From: Bacillota bacterium
GTDB taxonomy: Bacteria > Bacillota > Dethiobacteria > DTU022
Direction: 5' to 3'
DNA: 39,059 nucleotides
NCBI GenBank assembly: GCA_012510325.1
Contig: JAAZIG010000065.1
Location: 1-39,059, forward strand
Shown piece after piece: positions 25,988-35,378 of the stretch (its first letter is position 1; every line of letters starts with the position of its first letter). Made by a program: the position numbers and the translations under genes. Below the pieces are notes generated by a model. It was given only the letters and a program-made list of their open reading frames with translations. It made no database searches and had not been told where the DNA came from.

Positions 25988-26660
25988 AGCGCTTCTTTGC
26001 GCCGCCGCAGTCATCTTCGCCGCAGCTCTGCTCATCCTCAGCGCATTCTGTCCCCCGGCCCGGGAAAGAGGCGCCTCCCCCTGGCGGGTTTATCGCGGCG
26101 AGCCTGTGATCCGGCTGCATGTGCGAGCCTCCGGCGACAGCCCCGCCGAGCAGCGCTTCAAGATGGTTATGGTGGAGCGGGTCCGGCGGCTCCTGGCGGA
26201 GAAAAAAGTGTTTCAGTCCGGCGATTACGATACCTCCCTGCGCTTTTTGCAGCGCTCCCTGCCGGAGCTGAACCGGGAGCTGCAGGAGCAGGCCGGCGAA
26301 TCTGCCGGAGAAAAGCCCGTTGCCATGCACCTGTCCCGCGAATATTTCCCCCTGCGCACCTACGGCCGCCGGATATTTCCGGCGGGGGAGTATACCGCCC
26401 TCATCGTCACAGTCGGCGAAGGAACCGGTGAAAACTGGTGGTGTCTTCTCTTTCCGGCGCTCTGCCTCCCTCCGACGGAGGGCGCTGCTGAAGAGAAAGG
26501 CTCAGCGGAGCCTTTCTCCGACAGCGCAGAGGCTGCGGCGGCCCCCGGTGCGGAAGAGGAAGCAAGCGTCACGGTCCGGTGGCGGAGCAAGATCTGGGAA
26601 GAATTCAGCCGTTTTGCCGAGAACGTCGTTGAAAAAGTAAAGCAGATCTTCTATAATTAG
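25965..26660 (+). CDS. spoIIR: Stage II sporulation protein R (SpoIIGA-activating signal protein)
   Basis: 231 aa with a signal/anchor AAVIFAAALLILSAF. IRLHVRASGDSPAEQRFK and ENWWCLLFPALCL are SpoIIR hallmarks. The ATG lies 23 nt inside the sigma gene, after GGGGAGAG. Confidence 0.88.
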   Translation: MKQEAAAKALLCAAAVIFAAALLILSAFCPPARERGASPWRVYRGEPVIRLHVRASGDSPAEQRFKMVMVERVRRLLAEKKVFQSGDYDTSLRFLQRSLPELNRELQEQAGESAGEKPVAMHLSREYFPLRTYGRRIFPAGEYTALIVTVGEGTGENWWCLLFPALCLPPTEGAAEEKGSAEPFSDSAEAAAAPGAEEEASVTVRWRSKIWEEFSRFAENVVEKVKQIFYN

Positions 26661-26712
26661 GTCAGCCCGGACGATACAGAGATATCCTTGCTTGTTCCTG
26701 GGGGGTAGGTAC

Positions 26713-28329
26713 GTGGACTGGGGAAAGTACATAGAGATCGCCGCCGTCACGGTGGGCGGTCTGGGGCTTTTTTTGTTCGGCATCCAGATGCTTGCTACGG
26801 GGATGCAAAATGCCGCCGGAGACAGGTTGCGCCGGATCCTTGAGGTGCTGACCAATAATCCCATCGCCGGTTTTTTTACCGGTCTCCTCATGACCACGCT
26901 TATCCAGAGCAGCGGGGCGACCACCGTCATGGTTGTCGGTTTCGCCAACGCCGGCCTGATCAACCTTTCCCAGGGGATCAGCGTTATTATCGGGGCGAAT
27001 GTGGGCACCACCGTGACCGCACAGATCATTTCGTTCAAGGTTCAGACCATCGCCTTGCCCTTCATCGGCCTGGGCGGGCTGATCATCTTCTTCAGCAGGC
27101 GGAAACAGTATCGTTATCTGGGCGAGGCGATCCTGGGGGCGGGCCTTCTCTTTTTGGGTATCACCACGATGTCGGCCGGTTTAAGCCCCCTGGAGAAGCT
27201 GCCCCTTTTTAAAAGCCTGCTGGTGCAGTTTGGCGCCTTCCCTCTTCTCGGAGTGCTCGGCGGGGCTGTTTTCACGGCCATTCTTCAGAGCAGCAGTGCT
27301 TTTACCGGCGTGATCATCGCCATCAGCATGGAGGGCATGATCACCTTGGATCAGGCGATGCCTCTCATTTTAGGCTCCAATATCGGCACCTGCGTCATCG
27401 CTTTTATCGCCAGCGCGGGAACCAATTTAACGGCCCGGCGGGCGGCGGTGGCTCACCTGCTCTTCAACTTCATCGGGGTGCTGCTCTGCCTGGCGGTGCT
27501 GACGCCGTTTACGGATCTGGTTCTGAAGACGGCCTCCTCGGTGACCCGCCAGGTTGCCAATGCGCACTCCATCTTCAATGTGGCCAATTCGATATTATTT
27601 ATTGTCGTTCTCCCCTACTTCACCAGGCTGGTCAGCCATATCGTTCCCGGTGAAGAGATCAGCATCGAGATCGGACCAACCTATCTTGATAAGCGGATGC
27701 TGGCCACACCGGCGGCGGCCATCGGGGGGGCCAAGAAAGAGCTGCTGCGCATGGCCATGATCGCCAGCGAGATGATCGGCGATGTCCTCGACATCTTTGT
27801 GCGAAACGATCTGAAAAAAGTGGCCCATGTGGAGCAGATGGAGGATCTCCTTGATGGGATGGAGAAGGCGATCAATGTTTTTCTGGCGGAGCTTTCGCAA
27901 AGTCCCCTCACCGAAGTGCAGTCAAAGATAATCGGCAGCTTTATGTCCGCAGCCAATGATCTGGAGCGGATCGGCGACCATGCCAACAATATCATGCAGC
28001 TGGCGGAGCTTAAAGTTGAGGACAGGCTCCCCTTTTCCGAGCAGGCGCTGGAAGAGCTCAGGCAGCTCTATGAGCAGGTCGATGTTATGTTAAAGCGAGC
28101 CATTCAGGCCTTTGAGTTGGAGAGCAAGCAGCTCGCCCGCCTGGTCCTGGTGGAGGACGATCAGATCGATCTGATGGAAAAAGTTTTGCGCAGGGCTCAT
28201 ATCGAAAGAATCAATACAAAAAGATGTTTTCCGGCCTCAGGGGTGATCTATCTCGATGTATTGAGCAATCTGGAGCGGATCGCCGATCACGCCACCAATA
28301 TTGCTCAGCTCGTTGTCGAGGATTTTTAA
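26713..28329 (+). CDS. Na/Pi cotransporter family protein with C-terminal PhoU-like repeats
   Basis: GGLGLFLFGIQMLATGMQ and multiple TM segments. C-terminal ERIGDHANNI and ERIADHATNI repeats. I prefer GTG 26713 (after GGGGGGTAGG) over the track start TTG 26692, which has no SD. Confidence 0.85.
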   Translation: MDWGKYIEIAAVTVGGLGLFLFGIQMLATGMQNAAGDRLRRILEVLTNNPIAGFFTGLLMTTLIQSSGATTVMVVGFANAGLINLSQGISVIIGANVGTTVTAQIISFKVQTIALPFIGLGGLIIFFSRRKQYRYLGEAILGAGLLFLGITTMSAGLSPLEKLPLFKSLLVQFGAFPLLGVLGGAVFTAILQSSSAFTGVIIAISMEGMITLDQAMPLILGSNIGTCVIAFIASAGTNLTARRAAVAHLLFNFIGVLLCLAVLTPFTDLVLKTASSVTRQVANAHSIFNVANSILFIVVLPYFTRLVSHIVPGEEISIEIGPTYLDKRMLATPAAAIGGAKKELLRMAMIASEMIGDVLDIFVRNDLKKVAHVEQMEDLLDGMEKAINVFLAELSQSPLTEVQSKIIGSFMSAANDLERIGDHANNIMQLAELKVEDRLPFSEQALEELRQLYEQVDVMLKRAIQAFELESKQLARLVLVEDDQIDLMEKVLRRAHIERINTKRCFPASGVIYLDVLSNLERIADHATNIAQLVVEDF

Positions 28330-28359
28330 GGCATCCCGCCGGCCGACAGAGGAGAGAAC

Positions 28360-29355
28360 ATGCCCAAAGTACTGTCGATCAACGGAACCCTGCTGTTCCC
28401 CCCCGCCCGAAAAACGATTGTGGCCGCCGCCGGGCTGATCCGCCGTGGCGGCCTTGTCGCTTTTCCCACGGAGACGGTTTACGGACTGGGGGCGGATGCC
28501 ACCGCGGGGCGGGCCGTTGCCCGCATCTTTGAGGCGAAAGGACGTCCGCCGGGGAAGCCGCTCATCGTCCATGTGGCCGACCCCGGGCAGGTGCGACAGG
28601 TGACCGCCTCCCTGCCCGGAGAGGCCCTTGAGCTGATGCACCGTTTCTGGCCCGGGCCGCTCAGTCTGGTTTTGCCCCGCTCGGCGGAGCTGCCGCCGGA
28701 GGTCAGCGCCGGTTTGTCCACGGTGGCTGTGCGCATGCCCGCCCACCCTGTTGCGCTGGGGCTCATCCGCGCTGCGGGCGTTCCCCTGGCTGCGCCGAGC
28801 GCCAACCGTTCCGGTCGGCTCAGTCCCACGGAGGCGCGTCATGTGCTTGAAGAGCTGGCCGGCAGGATCGAGGCGGTCCTCGACGGCGGCCCCTGCACCG
28901 TCGGTGTGGAGTCGACAGTGCTCGATCTGAGCGGAGCACGGCCGCTGATCCTGCGTTCCGGCGCCATCACCAGGACGCAGCTGGAGAAAGCCCTGGGAAC
29001 TGAAATTGGCTGTGCCGTAAAGGGCGCCGGGGGAGCGCTCTCTGTTGCGCCGGGGCTCCACTGTCACCGCAGTTTTCTCCGCACCCCCCTCATTCTGGTA
29101 ACCGGCCCCCGGAAGAGGCGGAGGGCTCTTCTCGGGGCTCTCACGGCGGGCTACCGGCGGAGGGGTTTCCGGGTCGTGGTTCTGCCGGCTCCCCCGGGGG
29201 GGCGGTTGCTGGCGGGGGCTCTTTTTGCGTCGCTGCGCCGCCTTGATCGCGGTGCTCTCGACCTGATCCTGGCGGAGGGGTTTTCCCCCCGGGGGGTGGG
29301 CGAGACAGTGTTACACCGCCTGCGTCAGGCGGCGGTGCGAATTATCAAAGCATAG
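28360..29355 (+). CDS. tsaC: L-threonylcarbamoyladenylate synthase (Sua5/YwlC/TsaC, long form)
   Basis: 331 aa. YrdC-domain motif VAFPTETVYGLGADA, SANRSG, plus a C-terminal Sua5 domain. Confidence 0.88.
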   Translation: MPKVLSINGTLLFPPARKTIVAAAGLIRRGGLVAFPTETVYGLGADATAGRAVARIFEAKGRPPGKPLIVHVADPGQVRQVTASLPGEALELMHRFWPGPLSLVLPRSAELPPEVSAGLSTVAVRMPAHPVALGLIRAAGVPLAAPSANRSGRLSPTEARHVLEELAGRIEAVLDGGPCTVGVESTVLDLSGARPLILRSGAITRTQLEKALGTEIGCAVKGAGGALSVAPGLHCHRSFLRTPLILVTGPRKRRRALLGALTAGYRRRGFRVVVLPAPPGGRLLAGALFASLRRLDRGALDLILAEGFSPRGVGETVLHRLRQAAVRIIKA

Positions 29356-29364
29356 GTGAGCGCC

Positions 29365-29856
29365 ATGTCAGCAAAAATCATTCTCTTTGTCTGTACCGGC
29401 AACACCTGCCGCAGTCCCATGGCGGAGGCGCTGTTTCGCCATGAGTGGGGCAACCGCTCCGGTGTTCCGGAAGTGCAAGCCCTCTCCGCGGGGCTGGCGG
29501 CGGCCTCCGGGGGGCCGGCCTCGGCGGGGGCCCGCGCGGTGATGCGCGAAGCCGGGATCGGCCTGGAGGGGCATTGTTCTACTTTGCTGGGCGAAGCTTT
29601 GCTGAGCGAAGCCCATCTGGTTCTGGTGATGAGCCGGGGGCACCGCGACCATCTGCAGCAGCATTTTCCCGGCGCTGCCGGTAAAGTGTTTTTGCTGAAG
29701 GAGTATGCCGGGATTACCGAAGACCCGGAGATCGGCGATCCCTACGGTGGCACCCTTGCCCAGTATCATCAGGCCTACGAAGAGATACGCAAGGCTGTCG
29801 CCGGGGTTGTTTCCCGTTTGGAAAGGAGTTTGCGCGATGAAAATAGTATTAGGTAG
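29365..29856 (+). CDS. ywlE: Low-molecular-weight protein phosphatase (YwlE-like arginine/tyrosine phosphatase)
   Basis: P-loop ILFVCTGNTCRSPMAEALF (CX5R-S) and the DPYGG loop. ATG 29365 is 5 nt after AGGTGA. The track start GTG 29356 is possible. Confidence 0.85.
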   Translation: MSAKIILFVCTGNTCRSPMAEALFRHEWGNRSGVPEVQALSAGLAAASGGPASAGARAVMREAGIGLEGHCSTLLGEALLSEAHLVLVMSRGHRDHLQQHFPGAAGKVFLLKEYAGITEDPEIGDPYGGTLAQYHQAYEEIRKAVAGVVSRLERSLRDENSIR

Positions 29857-30280
29857 TGACCATGCCGGTTTTGCCCTGAAAGAGGAGCTCCGGGCCAATC
29901 TGGCGAAGATGGCGGAAGAGGTTGCCGATTTCGGCACTTTCTGTGAAAACAGTGTTGATTATCCCGATATTGCCCTGCCGCTGGCCAGAGCGATCGCCGC
30001 CGGCGAATACGATCGGGGCATCTTGATCTGCGGTACCGGCGTCGGCATGGCTATTGCAGCGAATAAATATCCGGGAATCAGGGCGGCTCTCTGCGGCGAT
30101 CCCTTTACCGCCCGCTTTGCCCGGGAACATAATGATGCCAATATCCTGACTTTAGGAGCGCGAGTGATCGGGCCCGGCCTGGCCCTTGAGATCGTCGAGA
30201 CCTTTGTGCGGAGCGATTTTCAGGGTGAGCGGCACTCCCGCCGTCTGCAGAAAATTGCCTTTATGGAAGAGCAGCGCTAA
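29837..30280 (+). CDS. rpiB: Ribose-5-phosphate isomerase B (RpiB/LacAB family)
   Basis: [18 protein letters not shown] and [19 protein letters not shown] 29837 is 8 nt after GAAAGGAG and overlaps the phosphatase 3' end by 20 nt. The track ORF opens at 29705. Confidence 0.9.
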   Translation: MKIVLGSDHAGFALKEELRANLAKMAEEVADFGTFCENSVDYPDIALPLARAIAAGEYDRGILICGTGVGMAIAANKYPGIRAALCGDPFTARFAREHNDANILTLGARVIGPGLALEIVETFVRSDFQGERHSRRLQKIAFMEEQR

Positions 30281-30324
30281 AATATTACAGGCAGCCGGTT
30301 TGGCCGGCTGGTGGAGGTCTCCAG

Positions 30325-31599
30325 ATGGATGAGAATGGATTAAGGGAAGTGCGCCTGACGGATCCGGAGATTGCCGCGGCCATCGCCGAGGAGGAGAGGC
30401 GCCAGCAGGACAGTCTTGAGCTGATCGCTTCGGAAAACCTGGCCAGCCGGGCGGTTCGGCAGGCCCAGGGGTCGGTGCTGACCAACAAGTATGCCGAGGG
30501 CTATCCCGGAGCCCGCTATTACGGCGGCTGCCGTCACGTGGACCGGGTGGAGCAGCTGGCCCGCTTGCGGGCCCGGCAGCTCTTTCAGGCGGAGCATGCC
30601 AATGTCCAGCCTCATGCCGGGGCGGCGGCCAATCTGGCGGTCTACCTCGCCTTTTTGAAACCGGGCGATCGGATCCTGGGGATGAATCTGGCTCACGGCG
30701 GCCATCTGACCCACGGCAGTCCGGTCAATATCACCGGACGCTATTTTGAAGCTTACTCGTACGGCGTTGACCGCGCCAGCGGCCTGCTCGATATGGAAGA
30801 AGTGCGCCGGGAGGCCGCCCTGATCAGGCCGAAGCTGCTCATTGCCGGAGCCACCGCCTATCCGCGGCGGATCGATTTTGCCGCATTTGAGGAGATCGCC
30901 CGCGCCGTCGGCGCTATTTTAATGGTGGATATCGCTCATATCGCCGGGCTCGTTGCGGCGAAGTTGCATCCCAGCCCCGTGCCGCATGCCGCTGTGATCA
31001 CGACGACGACGCATAAAACCTTGCGCGGCCCTCGCGGGGGAGCGATCCTTTGCCGCCGTCAGTATGCCCGGCGCATTGACCAGGCGGTATTCCCGGGGCT
31101 GCAGGGGGGTCCGCTCATGCATGTAATCGCCGCCAAAGCGGTCTCTTTCAAGGAGGCGCAGCAGCCTGAGTTTATCTCCTATCAGGAACGGGTTTTGGAG
31201 AACATTCAGGTGCTCGCCGAAGAGCTGCGCGGCTACGATTTCGACCTGGTCACCGGCGGCAGCGATACGCACCTGCTTCTGCTCGATCTTCGCTCCAAAG
31301 ATATCACCGGAGTGGAAGCGGAGCAGCTTTTGGAAAGCGTCGGGATTACCGCCAACAAAAACGCTGTTCCCTTCGACCCCCGCAGCCCCCGGGTGACCAG
31401 CGGGCTGCGGCTGGGAACGCCTGCAATCACTTCGCGGGGGATGGGTCCGGAGCAGATCCGCCTCATCGCGCGCCTGATTAACGAAGCGCTGGCCTGCCGT
31501 ACCGAGGAAGCTGCTCTGGGGAAAATAAGGCAACGGGTCTGCGAGCTCTGCCGCGCTTTTCCCATCGATCAGGTTAAGAAGGTCCCCGCCGGAGGCTGA
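30325..31599 (+). CDS. glyA: Serine hydroxymethyltransferase
   Basis: 424 aa. [18 protein letters not shown], and the PLP-lysine context [14 protein letters not shown]. Confidence 0.96.
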   Translation: MDENGLREVRLTDPEIAAAIAEEERRQQDSLELIASENLASRAVRQAQGSVLTNKYAEGYPGARYYGGCRHVDRVEQLARLRARQLFQAEHANVQPHAGAAANLAVYLAFLKPGDRILGMNLAHGGHLTHGSPVNITGRYFEAYSYGVDRASGLLDMEEVRREAALIRPKLLIAGATAYPRRIDFAAFEEIARAVGAILMVDIAHIAGLVAAKLHPSPVPHAAVITTTTHKTLRGPRGGAILCRRQYARRIDQAVFPGLQGGPLMHVIAAKAVSFKEAQQPEFISYQERVLENIQVLAEELRGYDFDLVTGGSDTHLLLLDLRSKDITGVEAEQLLESVGITANKNAVPFDPRSPRVTSGLRLGTPAITSRGMGPEQIRLIARLINEALACRTEEAALGKIRQRVCELCRAFPIDQVKKVPAGG

Positions 31600-31662
31600 G
31601 CCATCGGGGCAAGTGCCGGAGGGAGCGATCAGGGGGGACTGCTGTCGAGAGGATGATCACTG

Positions 31663-32109
31663 TTGTCAGAGAGGCCGTCGTGGGATCGTTATTTTTTTGA
31701 GATCGCCCGGGTAGTCGCTTCCCGTTCAACCTGCCTGCGTCGCCGGGTCGGCGCCCTGCTGGTGCTGGATAAAAGAATTCTGGCGACGGGGTATAACGGA
31801 GCCCCCGCCGGTCTGGCGCACTGCGCGGATACCGGCTGTCTCCGGGAAAAGCGACAAGTTCCCGCAGGGGAAAGGCATGAGCTGTGTCGGGGCCTCCATG
31901 CGGAGCAGAATGCGATTATTCAGGCCGCCGTTCACGGGGTGGCGATAGAGGGTGCTTCGCTATACTGCACTCATTTTCCCTGTGTGGTCTGTGCCAAGAT
32001 GCTGATCAACGCGAAGATCCGGCAGGTTCATGTTGCCGAGCCGTATCCCGATGCTCTTTCCCGGGAGCTGCTGGACGAAGCGGGGGTAGCGCTACATTTT
32101 GATCGATAA
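31663..32109 (+). CDS. comEB: Deoxycytidylate (dCMP) deaminase, ComEB-like
   Basis: 148 aa. Zinc motifs HAEQNAI and [12 protein letters not shown]; [10 protein letters not shown]-terminus. TTG start. Confidence 0.85.
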   Translation: MSERPSWDRYFFEIARVVASRSTCLRRRVGALLVLDKRILATGYNGAPAGLAHCADTGCLREKRQVPAGERHELCRGLHAEQNAIIQAAVHGVAIEGASLYCTHFPCVVCAKMLINAKIRQVHVAEPYPDALSRELLDEAGVALHFDR

Positions 32110-32181
32110 TTTTGCAGAGGATAAACCTCTCTCCGGGGGGCCATAATATCCCTTAGTTTCCTGCGAAGGGAGGGGCCCCGG

Positions 32182-32823
32182 TTGCATCTGCGTGTCCTGC
32201 TCTTGTTTTTGGCGGCGCTGCTCTGTTTGCCGCCGCTCCTTCATGGAGCGGTTGGGGCGGCAGACCCGTGGTTGGAAATGGAAAAAGGGTTACAGCTTTG
32301 CGGCGTTGAAATTAACTGCTACCGGAGCTGCTGTTTTATCAGCAGGGAGGAACGGGAGCGGCTCATCTCCGCCGGTGCGGTTCCCTTGAATATTGATCCT
32401 CAAGCGGTGCCGGACTGCCGCTGCTCGATGCGGGACGGCTGGGCAAACGATGAAATTCTTCTTGAAATATACGGCGCCGATCGGGGAGCGTGCAGCCGGC
32501 TCTGGAGGCAGTTTGCCGCCATCGCCGAAGGTCCAGCCGGCGCCGCGGATCGGGTCTGGTGTGTGGAGGGATCTCATGAAGCAGGCGGCGAGCTCACCGC
32601 TCTGGGCGAAGCGCTGATCCGGGCGCTGGGCGGACAGTTGCGGCGGGTCGACACCCACCCCCGCATGGTGCAGCTGCTGGCCGAGCTGCCCTGGGCCGGT
32701 GCCGGGTTTGCGCTGGACGAAGGTCCGGTAAACCTTACTCTGGAGCTGTATGAGGACGCCTATCTGGAGAGAGTGAGAATCCGTCTGGGGATACCGGTTC
32801 TCTTTTCGTTTTCAAATGGATAA
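32182..32823 (+). CDS. Secreted hypothetical protein, YwmB-like by position (upstream of murA-spoIID)
   Basis: 213 aa. Signal peptide LLLFLAALLCLPPLLHGAVGA. TTG start 6-7 nt after GGGAGGGG. Function is inferred mainly from synteny with B. subtilis ywmB-murAA-spoIID and a similar C-terminal pattern (RIRLGIPVLF). Confidence 0.55.
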   Translation: MHLRVLLLFLAALLCLPPLLHGAVGAADPWLEMEKGLQLCGVEINCYRSCCFISREERERLISAGAVPLNIDPQAVPDCRCSMRDGWANDEILLEIYGADRGACSRLWRQFAAIAEGPAGAADRVWCVEGSHEAGGELTALGEALIRALGGQLRRVDTHPRMVQLLAELPWAGAGFALDEGPVNLTLELYEDAYLERVRIRLGIPVLFSFSNG

Positions 32824-32840
32824 CAGGAAGGAACGGCATC

Positions 32841-34133
32841 ATGGGTCATCTCGTCATTCAAGGAGGAATCCCCCTGCGGGGGAAAGTTAAAGTTAACGGT
32901 TCCAAAAATGCCTCTCTCCCCATTATTGCGGCAGCCCTGCTCACCGGGGAGCCGGTGATTATCGAGGGGGTTCCCGATCTGCTCGATGTGCGCACGATGA
33001 TTGCGGTTTTGGAGGGTCTCGGTGCGGCGGTGGATTACGCAGAGGAGCAGGCGCTGCTCCGGATCGCTTCCGGTGAACTGCCGCCGGCAGCTCCGCCGGC
33101 CGATCTGGTCAGCCGGATGCGGGCCTCCTTTCTCGTGCTCGGTCCTCTCCTGGCCCGCAATAAAAAGGTGTCCCTGCCCCTGCCGGGCGGCTGCGCTATC
33201 GGCACCCGCCCCGTTGACCTGCACCTGAAAGGGCTGACAGCGATGGGGGCGAGTTTCTCCATTGTCAACGGGTGCGTTGAAGGACACACTGCCGGGCTGC
33301 GGGGGGCAAGGATCTACCTGGATTTTCCCAGCGTCGGCGCAACAGAAAATATCATGATGGCGGCAACGCTCGCCGCCGGAACCACGGTTCTGGAAAATGC
33401 TGCTACGGAGCCGGAGATTGTCGATCTGGCGAACTGTTTAAACAGCATGGGAGCACAGGTTGTCGGAGCCGGAACGGCTCACATCCGTATCGAAGGGGTC
33501 CCCCGCCTGGGTGGAACCCGCCATGCCGTTATCCCGGACCGCATCGAGGCGGGAACGCTCATGCTGGCCGGGGTCATTACCGGAGGCGATCTCATCGTGG
33601 AGAACGTGCTCCCCGATCACCTGAAACCGCTGCTGGCCAAGTTAATCGAGGCCGGAGCCGTCGTTGAAGAGATCGACTCAACCGCGATCAGGGCGGCGGC
33701 GGGAGCGCGCACCGCTGCAGTTGATCTTAAAACGATGCCCCATCCGGGTTTTTCCACCGATTTGCAGCCGCAGTTTATGGTGCTGCTGGCGCTGGCCGAA
33801 GGAACCGGCACGGTTACAGAGACCGTTTTCGAGAACAGGTTTCGCCATGTCGAGGGGCTGAGCAGCATGGGAGCGCGGATCCGGGTCGAAGGGCGCCGCG
33901 CTATTGTGCAGGGGCAGCCCCGCCTCAGCGGTGCCCCCGTGGTGGCGCCGGATTTAAGGGGCGCCGCCGCCCTGTTGCTGGCGGGGTTGGCGGCACAGGG
34001 TGAAACCAAGCTTCTTCAGGCGGAGCATCTCTGGCGCGGTTACTGCCGTCTCGAGGAGCGCCTTGCTTTGCTGGGCGCGCAGCTCGAGCGTATTTCGGCA
34101 GGGCGTGAGCGGGCCGTACACACGGGTAGCTGA
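32841..34133 (+). CDS. murA: UDP-N-acetylglucosamine 1-carboxyvinyltransferase (MurA paralogue 2, MurAA-position)
   Basis: 430 aa. LVIQGGIPLRGKVKVNGSKNASLPIIAAALL and the active-site loop PGGCAIGTRPVDLHL. Located immediately upstream of spoIID. Confidence 0.92.
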   Translation: MGHLVIQGGIPLRGKVKVNGSKNASLPIIAAALLTGEPVIIEGVPDLLDVRTMIAVLEGLGAAVDYAEEQALLRIASGELPPAAPPADLVSRMRASFLVLGPLLARNKKVSLPLPGGCAIGTRPVDLHLKGLTAMGASFSIVNGCVEGHTAGLRGARIYLDFPSVGATENIMMAATLAAGTTVLENAATEPEIVDLANCLNSMGAQVVGAGTAHIRIEGVPRLGGTRHAVIPDRIEAGTLMLAGVITGGDLIVENVLPDHLKPLLAKLIEAGAVVEEIDSTAIRAAAGARTAAVDLKTMPHPGFSTDLQPQFMVLLALAEGTGTVTETVFENRFRHVEGLSSMGARIRVEGRRAIVQGQPRLSGAPVVAPDLRGAAALLLAGLAAQGETKLLQAEHLWRGYCRLEERLALLGAQLERISAGRERAVHTGS

Positions 34134-34259
34134 GAAGACCCGTCTGAGAGGCCGCCTCTCTCAACAGAGCGCCTTTTTGCGCACAGTCCGCGTTATCTTT
34201 TCCGGCCGACTGTTCGCCTCATCCAACCGGCTTCGCCGCCTTCGGGACCGGGCATAAGA

Positions 34260-34288
34260 TCATAAGCATGAGACAGGTTTCATATAAT
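34260..34288 (+). promoter_or_regulatory. Candidate sigma-E (mother-cell) promoter for spoIID
   Basis: TCATAAG (34260-34266), 14-nt spacer, CATATAAT (34281-34288; sigma-E -10 is CATACA-T as I recall). It lies 30 nt upstream of the ATG. CATAAG is tandemly duplicated (34253-34258 and 34261-34266). Confidence 0.4.
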
Positions 34289-34317
34289 ATGATCAAGTCT
34301 GCTCCCCGGAGGGTTCA

Positions 34318-35328
34318 ATGATCCAAAAAACCGCCCTGTTAATCCTGGCCATCGCTGTGGTGGTAATTCTGTTACCCGCCGCCGCAGTTACTGTTGGTGG
34401 CTGCCCCGGTTTTTCTCCCGAGACAGCGGAGGCCCCGGCTCCGGCCGGGTTGCCCGAGCAGGGAGCGGACGGGAAAGTGCGCCTCTACCGGGCTGACTGC
34501 AAGGAGATTGTGGTCCTCGATCTGGAGGAATACCTCATCGGGGTGGTTTTGGCGGAGATGCCGTCATCGTTTGAGCTGGAGGCGCTGAAGGCCCAGGCGG
34601 TCATCGCCCGCACTTACGCTCTTCACCGGCACCCTGCTGCCGGCGGCGGGGGTTGCGACCGGGCCCCCGGAGGGGCCGATATCTGCTCGGACAGCACCCA
34701 TTGCCAGGCCTGGCTCGATCCGGAAGAGACGGCGGCTGACTGGGGCGCCGGGGGTGAAAATTTCCTGAAGCGCATCCGCCAGGCTGTCTCCGAGACAGCG
34801 GGCGAAGTGGTCGTCTACCGGGGAAAGCTCATCGAAGCGGTTTATCATTCGACCTGCGGCGGCAGGACCGAGGCTTCAGACGCTCTCTGGAAAGGCGGCT
34901 CTCTTCCCTATCTGCAAAGTGTAGCCTGCCCCTACTGCAAACACTCGCCCTATTACCGGGGCGAACAGCTGATCCCCTTCACCCGGCTGGCCCGGGCGCT
35001 TCCCGGAGATCCGGCGCTGCCGGTCCTCTCAGCCGGGCAGCCGCCCCCGGAGATTGCTGCCGAAACTCCCGGAGGACGCATCGCTGCGCTGACCATTAAC
35101 GGCAGGACCATCGGGGGGCCGGAGTTGAGAAACCTGCTGGAGCTTCCTTCAACTGCCCTCACCTGGGAAGTCCGGGAGGAGGGTCTGCTTTTCCATACCC
35201 GCGGCCGGGGGCACGGCGTCGGGCTCTGCCAGTATGGCGCCGACGGTGCGGCCAGGGAGGGAAAATGCTACAAGGAAATCATTCACTTCTACTACCCCGG
35301 CAGCGAGATCACCCCGCTCAAGCCCTGA
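34318..35328 (+). CDS. spoIID: Stage II sporulation protein D (lytic transglycosylase, SpoIID/LytB domain)
   Basis: 336 aa. EALKAQAVIARTYAL, YHSTCGGRTE and GHGVGLCQYGA, with an N-terminal anchor. Confidence 0.92.
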   Translation: MIQKTALLILAIAVVVILLPAAAVTVGGCPGFSPETAEAPAPAGLPEQGADGKVRLYRADCKEIVVLDLEEYLIGVVLAEMPSSFELEALKAQAVIARTYALHRHPAAGGGGCDRAPGGADICSDSTHCQAWLDPEETAADWGAGGENFLKRIRQAVSETAGEVVVYRGKLIEAVYHSTCGGRTEASDALWKGGSLPYLQSVACPYCKHSPYYRGEQLIPFTRLARALPGDPALPVLSAGQPPPEIAAETPGGRIAALTINGRTIGGPELRNLLELPSTALTWEVREEGLLFHTRGRGHGVGLCQYGADGAAREGKCYKEIIHFYYPGSEITPLKP

Positions 35329-35330
35329 CC

Positions 35331-35359
35331 GTATAAAATTGCCTCCGGCGGTTATAATA
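35331..35359 (+). promoter_or_regulatory. Candidate forespore (sigma-F-like) promoter for the SpoIIQ-like gene
   Basis: GTATA (35331-35335), 14-nt spacer, GGTTATAATA (35350-35359), which fits GGnnAnAHTR. It also contains TATAAT, so a sigma-A reading is not excluded. Confidence 0.3.
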
Positions 35360-35378
35360 TCGTCCGAGGTGATCGGTT

